From NCBI GenBank assembly GCA_036513515.1, contig DATBYW010000029.1, forward strand, positions 4,797 through 68,796: a DNA stretch of 64,000 nucleotides. Reading direction: 5' to 3'. The notes under the pieces were generated by a model that did no database searches, was not told where the DNA came from, and was given only the letters and a program-made list of their open reading frames with translations. This document shows positions 46,042-54,757 of the stretch, piece after piece. The stretch is from Candidatus Dormiibacterota bacterium. Lineage in GTDB: Bacteria > Chloroflexota > Dormibacteria > Dormibacterales > Dormibacteraceae. Numbering within the stretch: the stretch's first letter is position 1; every line of letters begins with the position of its first letter. The position numbers and the translations under genes were made by a program.

Positions 46042-46101
46042 AAGTAACGCCTGGCACCTCTCGGCGTGCGGATCAGCGGTGGGCGCGCTGCTCGCGAGCC
46101 T

Positions 46102-46203
46102 TCAGCTACGCCGGCGGCGCCTCGGCTGCATGAACAGGTTGAAGATCGCCACCACGCTGAGGGCGAGGTAGAGCATCCCGATTATGAAGAGCCCGGTCTC
46201 CAT
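46102..46203 (-). CDS. Candidate 33-aa hydrophobic peptide
   Basis: METGLFIIGMLYLALSVVAIFNLFMQPRRRRRS: one TM helix plus a poly-Arg tail. GC3 is high in 30 of 32 codons. The SD is weak (GGGGCGG). Lies 60 nt upstream of the 97-aa gene. It is below the track cutoff and speculative. Confidence 0.3.
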   Translation of the reverse strand: METGLFIIGMLYLALSVVAIFNLFMQPRRRRRS

Positions 46204-46332
46204 CCGCCCCAAATGATAGAGAACGCTTCGCTTCCCCATGCGGAGAGGATTGGGGAGAGTCTGTCTTTGGAAGAGGGAAGGCCTTCGTCAGCGCTCAGGT
46301 CGGGCTGACGGGCGGGGCTACCATACGAAGCC

Positions 46333-47355
46333 GTGGAAATACTCAGCTCCGGCCGCTGCGTCGTGTATCGAGAGCCCACGGGACCCTCCGGAGTGCGGCT
46401 CGAAGAACGCCCCCGCGTGCCGACGCCGCAGGGGGCTGTGACTGTCTCGATTCGGGCCGCGTCGTTGAACCATCTCGACGTCTGGCTGGTCAGCGGGGCG
46501 CAGCGTGTCGAGCCGCCGCGGGTCCTGGCGGCTGATGGAGCGGGCGTCGTCGCCGAGTCCGGGGATTCGTCGTGGCGGCCCGGAGACGAGGTCGTCATCT
46601 ACCCCGTCGCCTGCTGCTGGCGGTGCGAGCAGTGTCGTGCAGGCCGGCAGGTCTTCTGCCCTCAGTTCGGCATCCTCGGCGAGCACACCGACGGCACCGC
46701 ATGTGAGTTCTTCCAGGTCCCGGCTCAGAACCTCTACCGGCGGCCGGAGGGGCTCAGCTGGGATGAGGCTGCCGCCTTTCCGCTGACCTTCCTCACCGCC
46801 TGGCGCATGATCGTGACCCGCGCTCGCCTCCAGCCTGGAGAGACGATGCTGGTAGTCGGCGCCGGCGCCGGCGTGGCGGCGGCCGCCATCGCCATCGGCC
46901 GGCAGCTGGGCGCGCGCGTGCTGGCGACCAGCCGCAGCCAGGCCAAGCGCGAACGTGTCCTGGAGCTCGGGGCGGAGGCCGCCTTCGACTCCTCAGGCTT
47001 CTCCAAACCGGTCCGGGAGGCGACCCAGGGAGGCGTGGACGTCGTCTTCGAGCACGTCGGGCCGGCCACCCTGGACGAGTCGATCCGCTCCATCCGCAAG
47101 GGCGGCCGCATCGTCTTCTGCGGTTCCACCAGCGGCGTCCGCGCCGAGGTGAACATGCCCCGGCTCTTCTTCGGGCAGGCCGACCTGCTGGGTTCCACGA
47201 TGGGCAACGCAGGGGAATTCGAGCAGGTGCTCGAGGCGATCGGTCGTGGCCTCCGGCCGATCGTCGACTCCACATTCGCTCTGGACGAGGCCACGAGCGC
47301 CCTCGAACGGCTGGAGCGGGCCGAGCAGTTTGGCAAGGTGGTGCTCCACCCTTAG
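46333..47355 (+). CDS. Zinc-binding/quinone oxidoreductase-type MDR dehydrogenase
   Basis: Contains AASLNHLDVW and VVGAGAGVAAAAIAIGRQLGA. Divergent from the lipid-type cluster. Confidence 0.8.
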   Translation: MEILSSGRCVVYREPTGPSGVRLEERPRVPTPQGAVTVSIRAASLNHLDVWLVSGAQRVEPPRVLAADGAGVVAESGDSSWRPGDEVVIYPVACCWRCEQCRAGRQVFCPQFGILGEHTDGTACEFFQVPAQNLYRRPEGLSWDEAAAFPLTFLTAWRMIVTRARLQPGETMLVVGAGAGVAAAAIAIGRQLGARVLATSRSQAKRERVLELGAEAAFDSSGFSKPVREATQGGVDVVFEHVGPATLDESIRSIRKGGRIVFCGSTSGVRAEVNMPRLFFGQADLLGSTMGNAGEFEQVLEAIGRGLRPIVDSTFALDEATSALERLERAEQFGKVVLHP

Positions 47356-47416
47356 CCCGGATGTGGAGGCACGGAGCTGACGGGAACCCGCCGGATTCGG
47401 CCGCACCTGCTAGCGC

Positions 47417-49357
47417 TTATCGCGCGGCGGTCATGGCCGCGGTGACGACCTGCGGCTTCAGTCCGGTTACTCGCAGGATCTCGGCTTCGTCCAGCGAGTC
47501 CTCCGCCAACAGGGCCTGAGCCAGCGCATCCAGCCTTGAACGGTTCTCAGCGAGCAGCCGCTCGGCCTCCATCAGGCACTCCTGGACGATTCGCTTGATC
47601 TCCTCGTCGATGAGCGCCGCCGTCGCGTCGCTGAAGGGCTTTTGCAGGGCGAGCGGGCCCGGTCCCTCCTCGGTCGAGTAGTTCAGCGGACCCACCTTCG
47701 AGCTCATCCCGAACCGCACGACCATTTCTCGGGCGATCATCGTCACCTGCTGGAGGTCGTTCTCAGCGCCCGTGGTCGCCATGTTGTACACGAGCAGCTC
47801 CGCCCCTCGGCCGCCCAGGGCGCCGACGATGCGAGCCCGGAGGTACTCCTCCGTGTAGTTGAAGCGGTCGTCCACCGGACTCTGAACGGTGACCCCGAGC
47901 GCTCGGCCTCGGGGAACGATCGTCACCTTTCGAACCGGGTCGGCGCCGGGCACCAGCAGCCCCAGCAGGGCGTGTCCGCTCTCGTGGTAGGCGACCCGCT
48001 CGCGGTCCTCCTGAGAGAGCATGATCTTCCGCTCGGCGCCCAGCAGCACCTTTTCGATCGCCTCGGAGAAATCCTCCATGGTCACCGCGTCGCGGTCCTT
48101 GCGCGCCGCCAGCAGCGCCGCCTCGTTGACGAGGTTGCGGAGGTCCGCGCCCACGAACCCTGGCGTTTGCTGAGCAAGCTCGTTCAGGTCCACGTCGGGC
48201 GCCAGCGGGACGTTGCGCGTGTGGATCTTCAGGATCGCCATCCGGCCGGCGCGGTCCGGCGGCTGGACCACAACCCGCCGGTCGAAACGGCCGGGACGCA
48301 GCAGCGCCGAGTCCAGGACGTCGGCCCGGTTGGTGGCGGCGAGGACGATCACCCCCTCCCGGGAGTCGAAACCGTCCATCTCGGTGAGGATCTGGTTCAG
48401 GGTCTGCTCTTGCTCATCGTTGCCGGACAGCCGGACGCCGCCGGAGCGGCTGCGGCCGATAGCGTCGAGCTCGTCTATGAAGATGATGGCGGGCGCCGCC
48501 TGGCGGGCTTTGTTGAAGAGGTCCCGCACGCGGGAGGCGCCCACCCCGACGATCATCTCGATGAACTCGGCCGCCGAGACGCTGAAGAAGGGGACGCCCG
48601 CCTCCCCGGCCACGGCTCTCGCCAGCAGGGTCTTGCCGGTACCGGGCGGACCGATCAGCAGCACCCCCTTGGGGACGGTGCCGCCCAGGCGCTGATAGCG
48701 CTGAGGCTGTCTCAGGAAGTCGACTATCTCCTGGAGCTCGGCCTTGGCGTCGTCGATGCCCGCGACGTCGGCGAAGGTCGTGGCGGGACGCTCCGGGTCG
48801 TACAGCCGGGCACGGCTCTGCCCGATGCCGAAGACGCCGCCCCCGGCCGCCGACGTTGCCCGGCGATTCAGGTAGAGGAATCCCCCGATCAACAGGATCG
48901 CCGGCCCGAAGCTGAAGAGCAGAGTCTGCCAGAGCGGAGTCGGTGGGTTCACCGGTTGGGCGCTGATGGTCACGTTGTGCTGGAGGAGCAAGGGCAGCAG
49001 CTCGTTGTCGGCGAAGGGCGGCTTCACGGTCGCGAAGTGGGTCGCCTTGTTCTTGCTGGTCGGAGTGTCACCGACGGGGTTCTTGGTGATGCCTGTGATC
49101 GAGTCGCCCTGGATCGTGACGCTGGTCACGTTGTCCGCTGGGATCTGCGCCCTGAAGACGTTATAGGGGATCGTCACCTGCTTGGGCGGCTGCGGCGCCA
49201 GGAGCACGTTGACGACCACGTAGTTCAGGACGATCAGGATTCCGATCAGGATCCAGTTGCGCGGTCTGCGCAGCCAGTCCATGAGAGTGGGCGGCTTCTG
49301 CGGCGGCCTGCGACCGGGGAAACGCTCCGGTGCGCCGGGCGGGAGGTTAGAGGACAT
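47417..49357 (-). CDS. ftsH: ATP-dependent zinc metalloprotease FtsH
   Basis: Walker A GPPGTGKT, Walker B IIFIDELD, the second region of homology (SRH), and the HESGH zinc motif. Two N-terminal TM helices. Confidence 0.96.
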   Translation of the reverse strand: MSSNLPPGAPERFPGRRPPQKPPTLMDWLRRPRNWILIGILIVLNYVVVNVLLAPQPPKQVTIPYNVFRAQIPADNVTSVTIQGDSITGITKNPVGDTPTSKNKATHFATVKPPFADNELLPLLLQHNVTISAQPVNPPTPLWQTLLFSFGPAILLIGGFLYLNRRATSAAGGGVFGIGQSRARLYDPERPATTFADVAGIDDAKAELQEIVDFLRQPQRYQRLGGTVPKGVLLIGPPGTGKTLLARAVAGEAGVPFFSVSAAEFIEMIVGVGASRVRDLFNKARQAAPAIIFIDELDAIGRSRSGGVRLSGNDEQEQTLNQILTEMDGFDSREGVIVLAATNRADVLDSALLRPGRFDRRVVVQPPDRAGRMAILKIHTRNVPLAPDVDLNELAQQTPGFVGADLRNLVNEAALLAARKDRDAVTMEDFSEAIEKVLLGAERKIMLSQEDRERVAYHESGHALLGLLVPGADPVRKVTIVPRGRALGVTVQSPVDDRFNYTEEYLRARIVGALGGRGAELLVYNMATTGAENDLQQVTMIAREMVVRFGMSSKVGPLNYSTEEGPGPLALQKPFSDATAALIDEEIKRIVQECLMEAERLLAENRSRLDALAQALLAEDSLDEAEILRVTGLKPQVVTAAMTAAR

Positions 49358-49469
49358 GAAACGTTATTGCGGTCCAGTATGCACGGCGTTCGTGTAAGCC
49401 GTCTAAACGCCCCCCGGCGGCGCGAACCATGGCGCATGGCCGGACCTGGCCGATACTGAGCGGCTGTCC

Positions 49470-50435
49470 ATGAAGCCCACGACGCCGGTTGGCGGCGACT
49501 CCGACCCGGCCGATTTCCAGGCCTGGCCGAAGGCCGAGCTGCATTGCCACCTGGATGGCGCGCTCCGGCCGGCCACTGCCGAAGAGCTGGCCGACGAGCT
49601 GGGGCTGGATCTACCCCGCCCTCTGCGCCTGGCTGCTCCGGCCTCCTGCGCCTCCCAGGCGGAGTACCTGGAATTCTTCGATCACCCGATCGCGGTGATG
49701 CAGACGGCGGAGGGTATCGCACGGACGGCACGGGAGCTGGGAGAGGATGCCGCGGCCGACGGCATCGAGTACCTGGAGGTGCGCTGGGCCCCTCGCTTCC
49801 ACCTCAGGCGCGGGCTCAGTCTGGAGCGGGTGATCGAGGCCGTGCTGGAGGGCCTGGCGGCCGCACCGGTGCGCGCCGTGGCCATCGTCTGCGCCATTCG
49901 CCAGCACCCGGTGGAGGAGAACGTGGCGCTGGCGCGCGCCGCCGGCCGCTACGCCGGACGCGGCGTCGTGGGCTTCGACCTGGCCGGCGACGAAGCGGGT
50001 TGGGCCGCCGCCCCTCACCGACCCGCTTTCGAGGCCGCTCGGGCGGCGGGTCTCCGGCTCACCTGCCACGCCGGCGAGGCAGGACCGCCCTCCAACCTCG
50101 GCGATGCGCTTGACCTGGGCGTCGAGCGCATCGGCCACGGGGTCCTCGGCGCGGGAGATCACCGCCTGATGGACCGCGTACGCTCGGAAGGCGTGACGCT
50201 CGACCTCTGCCCCACCGCGAACTGGAGGTGCAAGGCCGTGCCGCGGTTGGAGGACCACCCTCTCCCCCGCCTGCTCCGCAGCGGTGTTCGCTGCACCCTG
50301 AGCACCGACTCGCCGACCGTCGCCGGCGTCACGCTGAGCGGGGAGTTCCGTCTCGCTCACCAAACCCTGGGCATGACCCTGGAAGAGCTGCACCGCTGCA
50401 ACGCGATCGCGTTTGAATCACGCTTCGGTGACTGA
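49470..50435 (+). CDS. add: Adenosine deaminase
   Basis: Contains ELHCHLDGALRP, CHAGE, GHG and the STDSP-type motif. Confidence 0.9.
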   Translation: MKPTTPVGGDSDPADFQAWPKAELHCHLDGALRPATAEELADELGLDLPRPLRLAAPASCASQAEYLEFFDHPIAVMQTAEGIARTARELGEDAAADGIEYLEVRWAPRFHLRRGLSLERVIEAVLEGLAAAPVRAVAIVCAIRQHPVEENVALARAAGRYAGRGVVGFDLAGDEAGWAAAPHRPAFEAARAAGLRLTCHAGEAGPPSNLGDALDLGVERIGHGVLGAGDHRLMDRVRSEGVTLDLCPTANWRCKAVPRLEDHPLPRLLRSGVRCTLSTDSPTVAGVTLSGEFRLAHQTLGMTLEELHRCNAIAFESRFGD

Positions 50436-51045
50436 CCTCGGCAAGCTCCGGGCGGCGATCGGCGCGCGCCCTCCCAGGGCCTCGCGCCTGTCCCTCCAGG
50501 GCCGCATCCAGGCGGCCGTCTGTGTTCCCATCCACGACGGTCCACGAGGCCTCGAGGTGTGGGCGATCAAACGGGTCGACAGGCTGCGTCACCACGCCCG
50601 GGAGATCGCCTTTCCGGGGGGCAAGCCGGATCCAGGCGATCGGGACCTGATGGACACCGCCTTCAGAGAGACGGAGGAGGAGCTCGGCATCTCGCGAGAA
50701 CGCTTGCACCTCCTGGGCCCCCTGGCCCCCGTGCCGACGGCAACCAGCCGCTTCACCCTCAATCCCTTCGTGGCGCTGGTCGAAGCCGGGGCCGAAGCCA
50801 GGCCGTCTGTGAGCGAGGTGGCGGCGCTGATCCGAATGCCGCTCTCGGACTTCTTCGCCGGCCTGGTGCCGTATCGAGCGATCGAGCTCGGCAGTGGCTG
50901 GCGTTCCCCGATCTTCGACTTCGAGGTTGGTTCGATGTACGGCGCCAGCGCGCACGTGCTGGAGGAGCTCCTCCTGGTCTATGCCTCCATCAAGGAGCTG
51001 GCCTTCCCTGAACCCACGCTGACCGATGAGATCCCGTGGCAATAG
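50413..51045 (+). CDS. NUDIX hydrolase, CoA pyrophosphatase type
   Basis: Nudix box GGKPDPGDRDLMDTAFRETEEELGI, preceded by RLRHHAREIAFPGG (the NuCoA-type motif). Confidence 0.8.
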   Translation: MNHASVTDLGKLRAAIGARPPRASRLSLQGRIQAAVCVPIHDGPRGLEVWAIKRVDRLRHHAREIAFPGGKPDPGDRDLMDTAFRETEEELGISRERLHLLGPLAPVPTATSRFTLNPFVALVEAGAEARPSVSEVAALIRMPLSDFFAGLVPYRAIELGSGWRSPIFDFEVGSMYGASAHVLEELLLVYASIKELAFPEPTLTDEIPWQ

Positions 51046-51131
51046 GCTGCGTGCTCCTTCAGTAGTCTTTCTTGCCTTGCTGTGTGCTGGCGCCCGGCGC
51101 TTCCCCAAGACTGAAGACTGAGGAGGTCACC

Positions 51132-51539
51132 ATGAGCGGATTCCGGTCCTTTCTGCTGCGCGGCAGCGTGGTCGACCTGGCGGTGGGAATCGTCATCGGC
51201 GCCGCCTTCGGAACGGTGGTGAACGAGCTCGTCAAGGACTTCATCACACCGCTGATCGCCGCCGTGGGCGGTCAGCCCAACTTCGACTCCCTCTACTTCA
51301 CGGTCAACAACAGCCGGTTCATGTATGGCCGCTTCCTGGACGCGGCCATCAGCTTCCTTCTCGTCGCGGCGGTCGTCTACTACCTGATCGTGCTGCCCTA
51401 CTCCCGCTTCCGCGCGCGCTTCGAGAAGGCGCCCTCACCCGAGCCGAAGACCAGGGACTGCCCCGAGTGCCTGAGCCAGATCCCGGCAAACGCCCGGCGC
51501 TGCGCCTACTGCACGGCAGTACTCTCCGTAGCCGCGTAA
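51132..51539 (+). CDS. mscL: Large-conductance mechanosensitive channel MscL with a C-terminal CxxC...CxxC tail
   Basis: The ATG at 51132 follows GAGGAGG. FLLRGSVVDLAVGIVIGAAFG is canonical MscL. The tail is CPECLSQIPANARRCAYC. Confidence 0.92.
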   Translation: MSGFRSFLLRGSVVDLAVGIVIGAAFGTVVNELVKDFITPLIAAVGGQPNFDSLYFTVNNSRFMYGRFLDAAISFLLVAAVVYYLIVLPYSRFRARFEKAPSPEPKTRDCPECLSQIPANARRCAYCTAVLSVAA

Positions 51540-51584
51540 GTCCGTCCCTCGCTGAGGCGGTCCGATGGCGGGGAGGCGCTTTCT

Positions 51585-52064
51585 TCAGCCCTCTAGCTGT
51601 CTGAGTTGGTCGATGTGGGCCTCGAGGTGGCCTATGAGCAGCATGTCCAGGACCTCGCGGAGTTGGACCTCCCGGTTGCCGCTCTGGGCAACGTAGAGCG
51701 CCGTGCGCTCGAGGTCTTCTTCTCGCATCTCGTCCAGCAGCGTCTCCAGGCCTCCCACACCCCGCTCGATATCGCGGCGCAGCTGCTCCTCCGCTGCGGC
51801 GGGGCCCGAGTCGATGGCCTCCCGCCTGCGGAGGGTGCCAGCCTCGTCACGCCCGATCTGGGTGGCGCCGCCCATCACCTCTCTGACCTGCACGGTCCAG
51901 TAGGGCAGCATCTCGGCCACGTGCCCGAAAACGTTGGACCGATCCCACCGCTCGCCCGTTTTCTCGTCCGCCGGGCCCAGATCGCCCCGCCCCACCAGGG
52001 GGAGGGCAGCAAGGGCAGCCCCTGCCTCCCGAGCGCGGCGGCGATACGACTCGAGATCGCTCAT
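51585..52064 (-). CDS. DinB-like (DinB_2 / four-helix-bundle) family protein
   Basis: 159 aa helical protein with His residues spaced as in the DinB metal triad (GHVAEM...GHLEAH). Overlaps upp by 4 nt. Confidence 0.6.
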   Translation of the reverse strand: MSDLESYRRRAREAGAALAALPLVGRGDLGPADEKTGERWDRSNVFGHVAEMLPYWTVQVREVMGGATQIGRDEAGTLRRREAIDSGPAAAEEQLRRDIERGVGGLETLLDEMREEDLERTALYVAQSGNREVQLREVLDMLLIGHLEAHIDQLRQLEG

Positions 52065-52681
52065 CTTGTCCCGAACAGCCTATCGCCGAAGTCGCCGAGG
52101 CCGGGCACGATGAAGGCGCGGTCGTTCAGTCCCTCGTCCAGCGCGGCGGTGAAGACGTCGACGTCGGGGTGTTGCTCCTGGATGTGTCGAACGCCCTCAG
52201 GAGCGGCCACCACACAGACCATTCGCGTACCCACGCCGCCCACCTCCTTGATCATGTCGAGCGCCCGAGCGCCCGAGCCCCCCGTCGCCAGCATTGGGTC
52301 GAGCAGCAGCGGGACCTTTCCGGCGAGCGGCGGCAGTTTGTTGTAGTAGATCCTGGCCACCGCCGTCTCCTCGTCCCGTTCCAGCCCGATGTAGCCGACG
52401 CTGACCCGGGGCAGCAGTTCCAGCACCGGCCCGAGCAGACCGAGGCCGGCTCTCAGCACCGGTATGGCCACCACCTCAGCCTCCACCCGGTGAACCCCGG
52501 CGTCTTTGAGCGGCGTCCGAACCGTATCCTCCCGGACCGGCAGGTCACGCGTCGCCTCGTAGAGGAGGAAGGTGATCACCCTGCGCGTGAGGACGCGAAA
52601 CTCCTCCGGCTCGGTGGCCGAGTCACGCAGACCGGCCAGGCAGTCCTGGACGATCGGGTGGTCACTGATGTGCAGCGGCAC
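52061..52681 (-). CDS. upp: Uracil phosphoribosyltransferase
   Basis: Collinear with E. coli Upp: HPIVQ, VAIPVLRAGLG, the PRPP loop LLLDPMLATGGS, and IVPGLGDFGDRLFGT. Confidence 0.95.
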   Translation of the reverse strand: MPLHISDHPIVQDCLAGLRDSATEPEEFRVLTRRVITFLLYEATRDLPVREDTVRTPLKDAGVHRVEAEVVAIPVLRAGLGLLGPVLELLPRVSVGYIGLERDEETAVARIYYNKLPPLAGKVPLLLDPMLATGGSGARALDMIKEVGGVGTRMVCVVAAPEGVRHIQEQHPDVDVFTAALDEGLNDRAFIVPGLGDFGDRLFGTR

Positions 52682-53426
52682 GATCCCCCTCGATCAGGCG
52701 GCGGACGGCTTCCACGGCGACGTCGATCATCCTGTGTATCAAGGCGGGATCCACATGATGGATCTCGCCCGCGTCCAGTTCGTCCACGCAGACCAGCAGG
52801 ACTCCGGCGCGCCACCGGCGCAGGGCGCTCACCACCATCAGGGTGGCCGACTCCATGTCGTTGGCGAGCACCCCGGCGCGAGCCCACATCTTCAGCTCCG
52901 CCCGCAGCTCTTCGGAGCGCGGCATGGTGCCTGGCAATAGGTCCGAGTAGAGGGCGTCGACGCTCCTGACGACTCCCAGGTGGTGGGTGACCCCGGCCGC
53001 GGCGGCGGCTCCGAGGCAGGCCGCAACCACGTCGTGAGAGGCGATCGCCGGGTACTCGCGCGGCACGTAGCCATCGGGAGTTCCCTCACTGCGAACCGCC
53101 CCGGTCACCACCACGAGGTCGCCGAGACGGATGCCAGGCTGCGCGGCGCCGCAGGTACCGACCCTGATGAAGGTGTGGGCTCCCAGCTCACCGAGCTCTT
53201 CGACCGCGATGGCCATCGAGGGGCCGCCGATGCCGCTCGAGCAGGTGGAGACTAGCTCGTCCCCGACCCTGCCGGTGAAGGTCCGGAACTCACGCGACCA
53301 GGCCTTCTCCTCGGCGCCCTCCAGGTGCTCGGCGATCAGCTTCGTGCGGAATGGGTCGCCGGGGACGAGCACATAGCCCCCGACCTCGCCCTCGGCCAGT
53401 CCGACGTGGTACTTGCGCTCGGCCAC
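52662..53426 (-). CDS. udp: Uridine phosphorylase (PNP/UDP-1 family)
   Basis: LVPGDPFR, CSSGIGGPSMAIAVEEL, FIRVGTCG and NDMESATL align along E. coli Udp. Confidence 0.85.
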   Translation of the reverse strand: MAERKYHVGLAEGEVGGYVLVPGDPFRTKLIAEHLEGAEEKAWSREFRTFTGRVGDELVSTCSSGIGGPSMAIAVEELGELGAHTFIRVGTCGAAQPGIRLGDLVVVTGAVRSEGTPDGYVPREYPAIASHDVVAACLGAAAAAGVTHHLGVVRSVDALYSDLLPGTMPRSEELRAELKMWARAGVLANDMESATLMVVSALRRWRAGVLLVCVDELDAGEIHHVDPALIHRMIDVAVEAVRRLIEGDRAAAHQ

Positions 53427-53464
53427 CGGCCGAGAATTCTAGCTGCTGCTAGCTGAGGTCTCCC

Positions 53465-54742
53465 TTAGCCGGACCGGCGGTTTTCTGGTAGCTGGAGCTC
53501 GGAAGTGACGGCGGCGGCCTGCGCCTGGCCAATCTCGGCGCGGCGGGCGCGCTCGACGTAGACCTTCGACTTGTCGATCTCTCCCGACAGGGTCTGGATG
53601 GTGCGCTGCATGTTGTCGAGCGCGTTGATCTTGTACTTGTCGATCATGTCGATGGTCGCGTAGACGTTGTTGAAGGCGGTCTGCAGCTTCTGGATGTCGA
53701 TCGTTGCGTTTGCCGCCTGGCTCTGGATCTGCCCCGTCTGCTGGCGCAGCAGCTGCGACGTCGACTCGATCAGGTTGCCCGTGGTCGTGTTGAGGGCCGT
53801 GATCTGATCCAGGACCAGCTTCTGGTTGGTGAGCGCCTGGGCCACTATGACCGCCGTGCGCAATGCGGAGACGGTGGTGGTGGTGGCTCGTTCCACCCCC
53901 TTGACCAGCTCCTGGTTGTTCTTGCGGACCAGGTCCAGGGCCAGGTAGCCCTGCATGTTCACGGCGAGCTGGGTCAGCAGGTCCTGCCGCTTCTGGCGCA
54001 CGTAGAAGAGGACGTTCTCCTGTAGCGACCGAGCCTTCTCCGGGTCGCTCAGCTCGAGCTGGCGGATCTTGGCTGTGAGCGCGTCGTCGAGCTTGGCGGC
54101 CATGAAGGCGTACTCCTCCAGACGCCCCTTCATCGACCAGATGTTCACCTTCTCCTGCTCGATCGCCACGTTGTCCTTTCGAAGCTCATCCTGCCCGTGG
54201 TAGAGCGATTGGATGATCGCGTTGAGGTTCGACTGCGAGGACTGGTAGCGGTGGAAGTAGTCGCGCAGGTTGTTGCCAAGCGGAATGACGCCCAGAAGCT
54301 TTCGCTCGATGCCGCCCTGCTTGGCGGGATCCAGATCTTCCACCTGCCTGCGCAGCGCGATCAGCGACTTGGAGACGCCGGAGCCGGCCCCAAGACCGCG
54401 CTCCAGCGAGGTGGCAGGCCGCTCCAGGAACCGGTTGGAGACCTCCGCCGAGCGGCGTACCTCCTGGTTGCCGAGCCGGCTCACGGAGTCGAGCTTCTGC
54501 TCGTACTCGGGGGAGTGGACGTCCAGCGCCACCAGCGAATCGACGAAGCTCTGGACGGCCGTCGAGATCTGTTTGGCCGTGTCTTCGTCGACCTTCATTG
54601 AGGCCGCGGCCTGGTCCTGGCTGACTGCGGGGACCGCAGCCGGGGGGTCTAGAACCAGGGCGTCCGTGCCGGCAGGCCTCTCTGTGGCCTGGCCACTTCC
54701 GCCCTCTTCGCTGGCGGTGTCGCCAGGTCTTCTGTCAGTCAT
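53465..54742 (-). CDS. telA: Toxic anion resistance protein (TelA family)
   Basis: 425 aa, long coiled-coil-rich. The segment LDSVSRLGNQEVRRSAEVSNRFLERP is typical of TelA/KlaA. Confidence 0.8.
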   Translation of the reverse strand: MTDRRPGDTASEEGGSGQATERPAGTDALVLDPPAAVPAVSQDQAAASMKVDEDTAKQISTAVQSFVDSLVALDVHSPEYEQKLDSVSRLGNQEVRRSAEVSNRFLERPATSLERGLGAGSGVSKSLIALRRQVEDLDPAKQGGIERKLLGVIPLGNNLRDYFHRYQSSQSNLNAIIQSLYHGQDELRKDNVAIEQEKVNIWSMKGRLEEYAFMAAKLDDALTAKIRQLELSDPEKARSLQENVLFYVRQKRQDLLTQLAVNMQGYLALDLVRKNNQELVKGVERATTTTVSALRTAVIVAQALTNQKLVLDQITALNTTTGNLIESTSQLLRQQTGQIQSQAANATIDIQKLQTAFNNVYATIDMIDKYKINALDNMQRTIQTLSGEIDKSKVYVERARRAEIGQAQAAAVTSELQLPENRRSG

Positions 54743-54757
54743 ATGGTGGGTTCCTCC

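Noticed and set aside
45752-46057. N-terminal 102 aa of the 893-aa reductase ORF
   Set aside because: Third positions are T-rich in this frame, whereas the alternative frame has about 80% GC3 and a clean TM helix. A GTGA coupling junction lies at 45748-45751.
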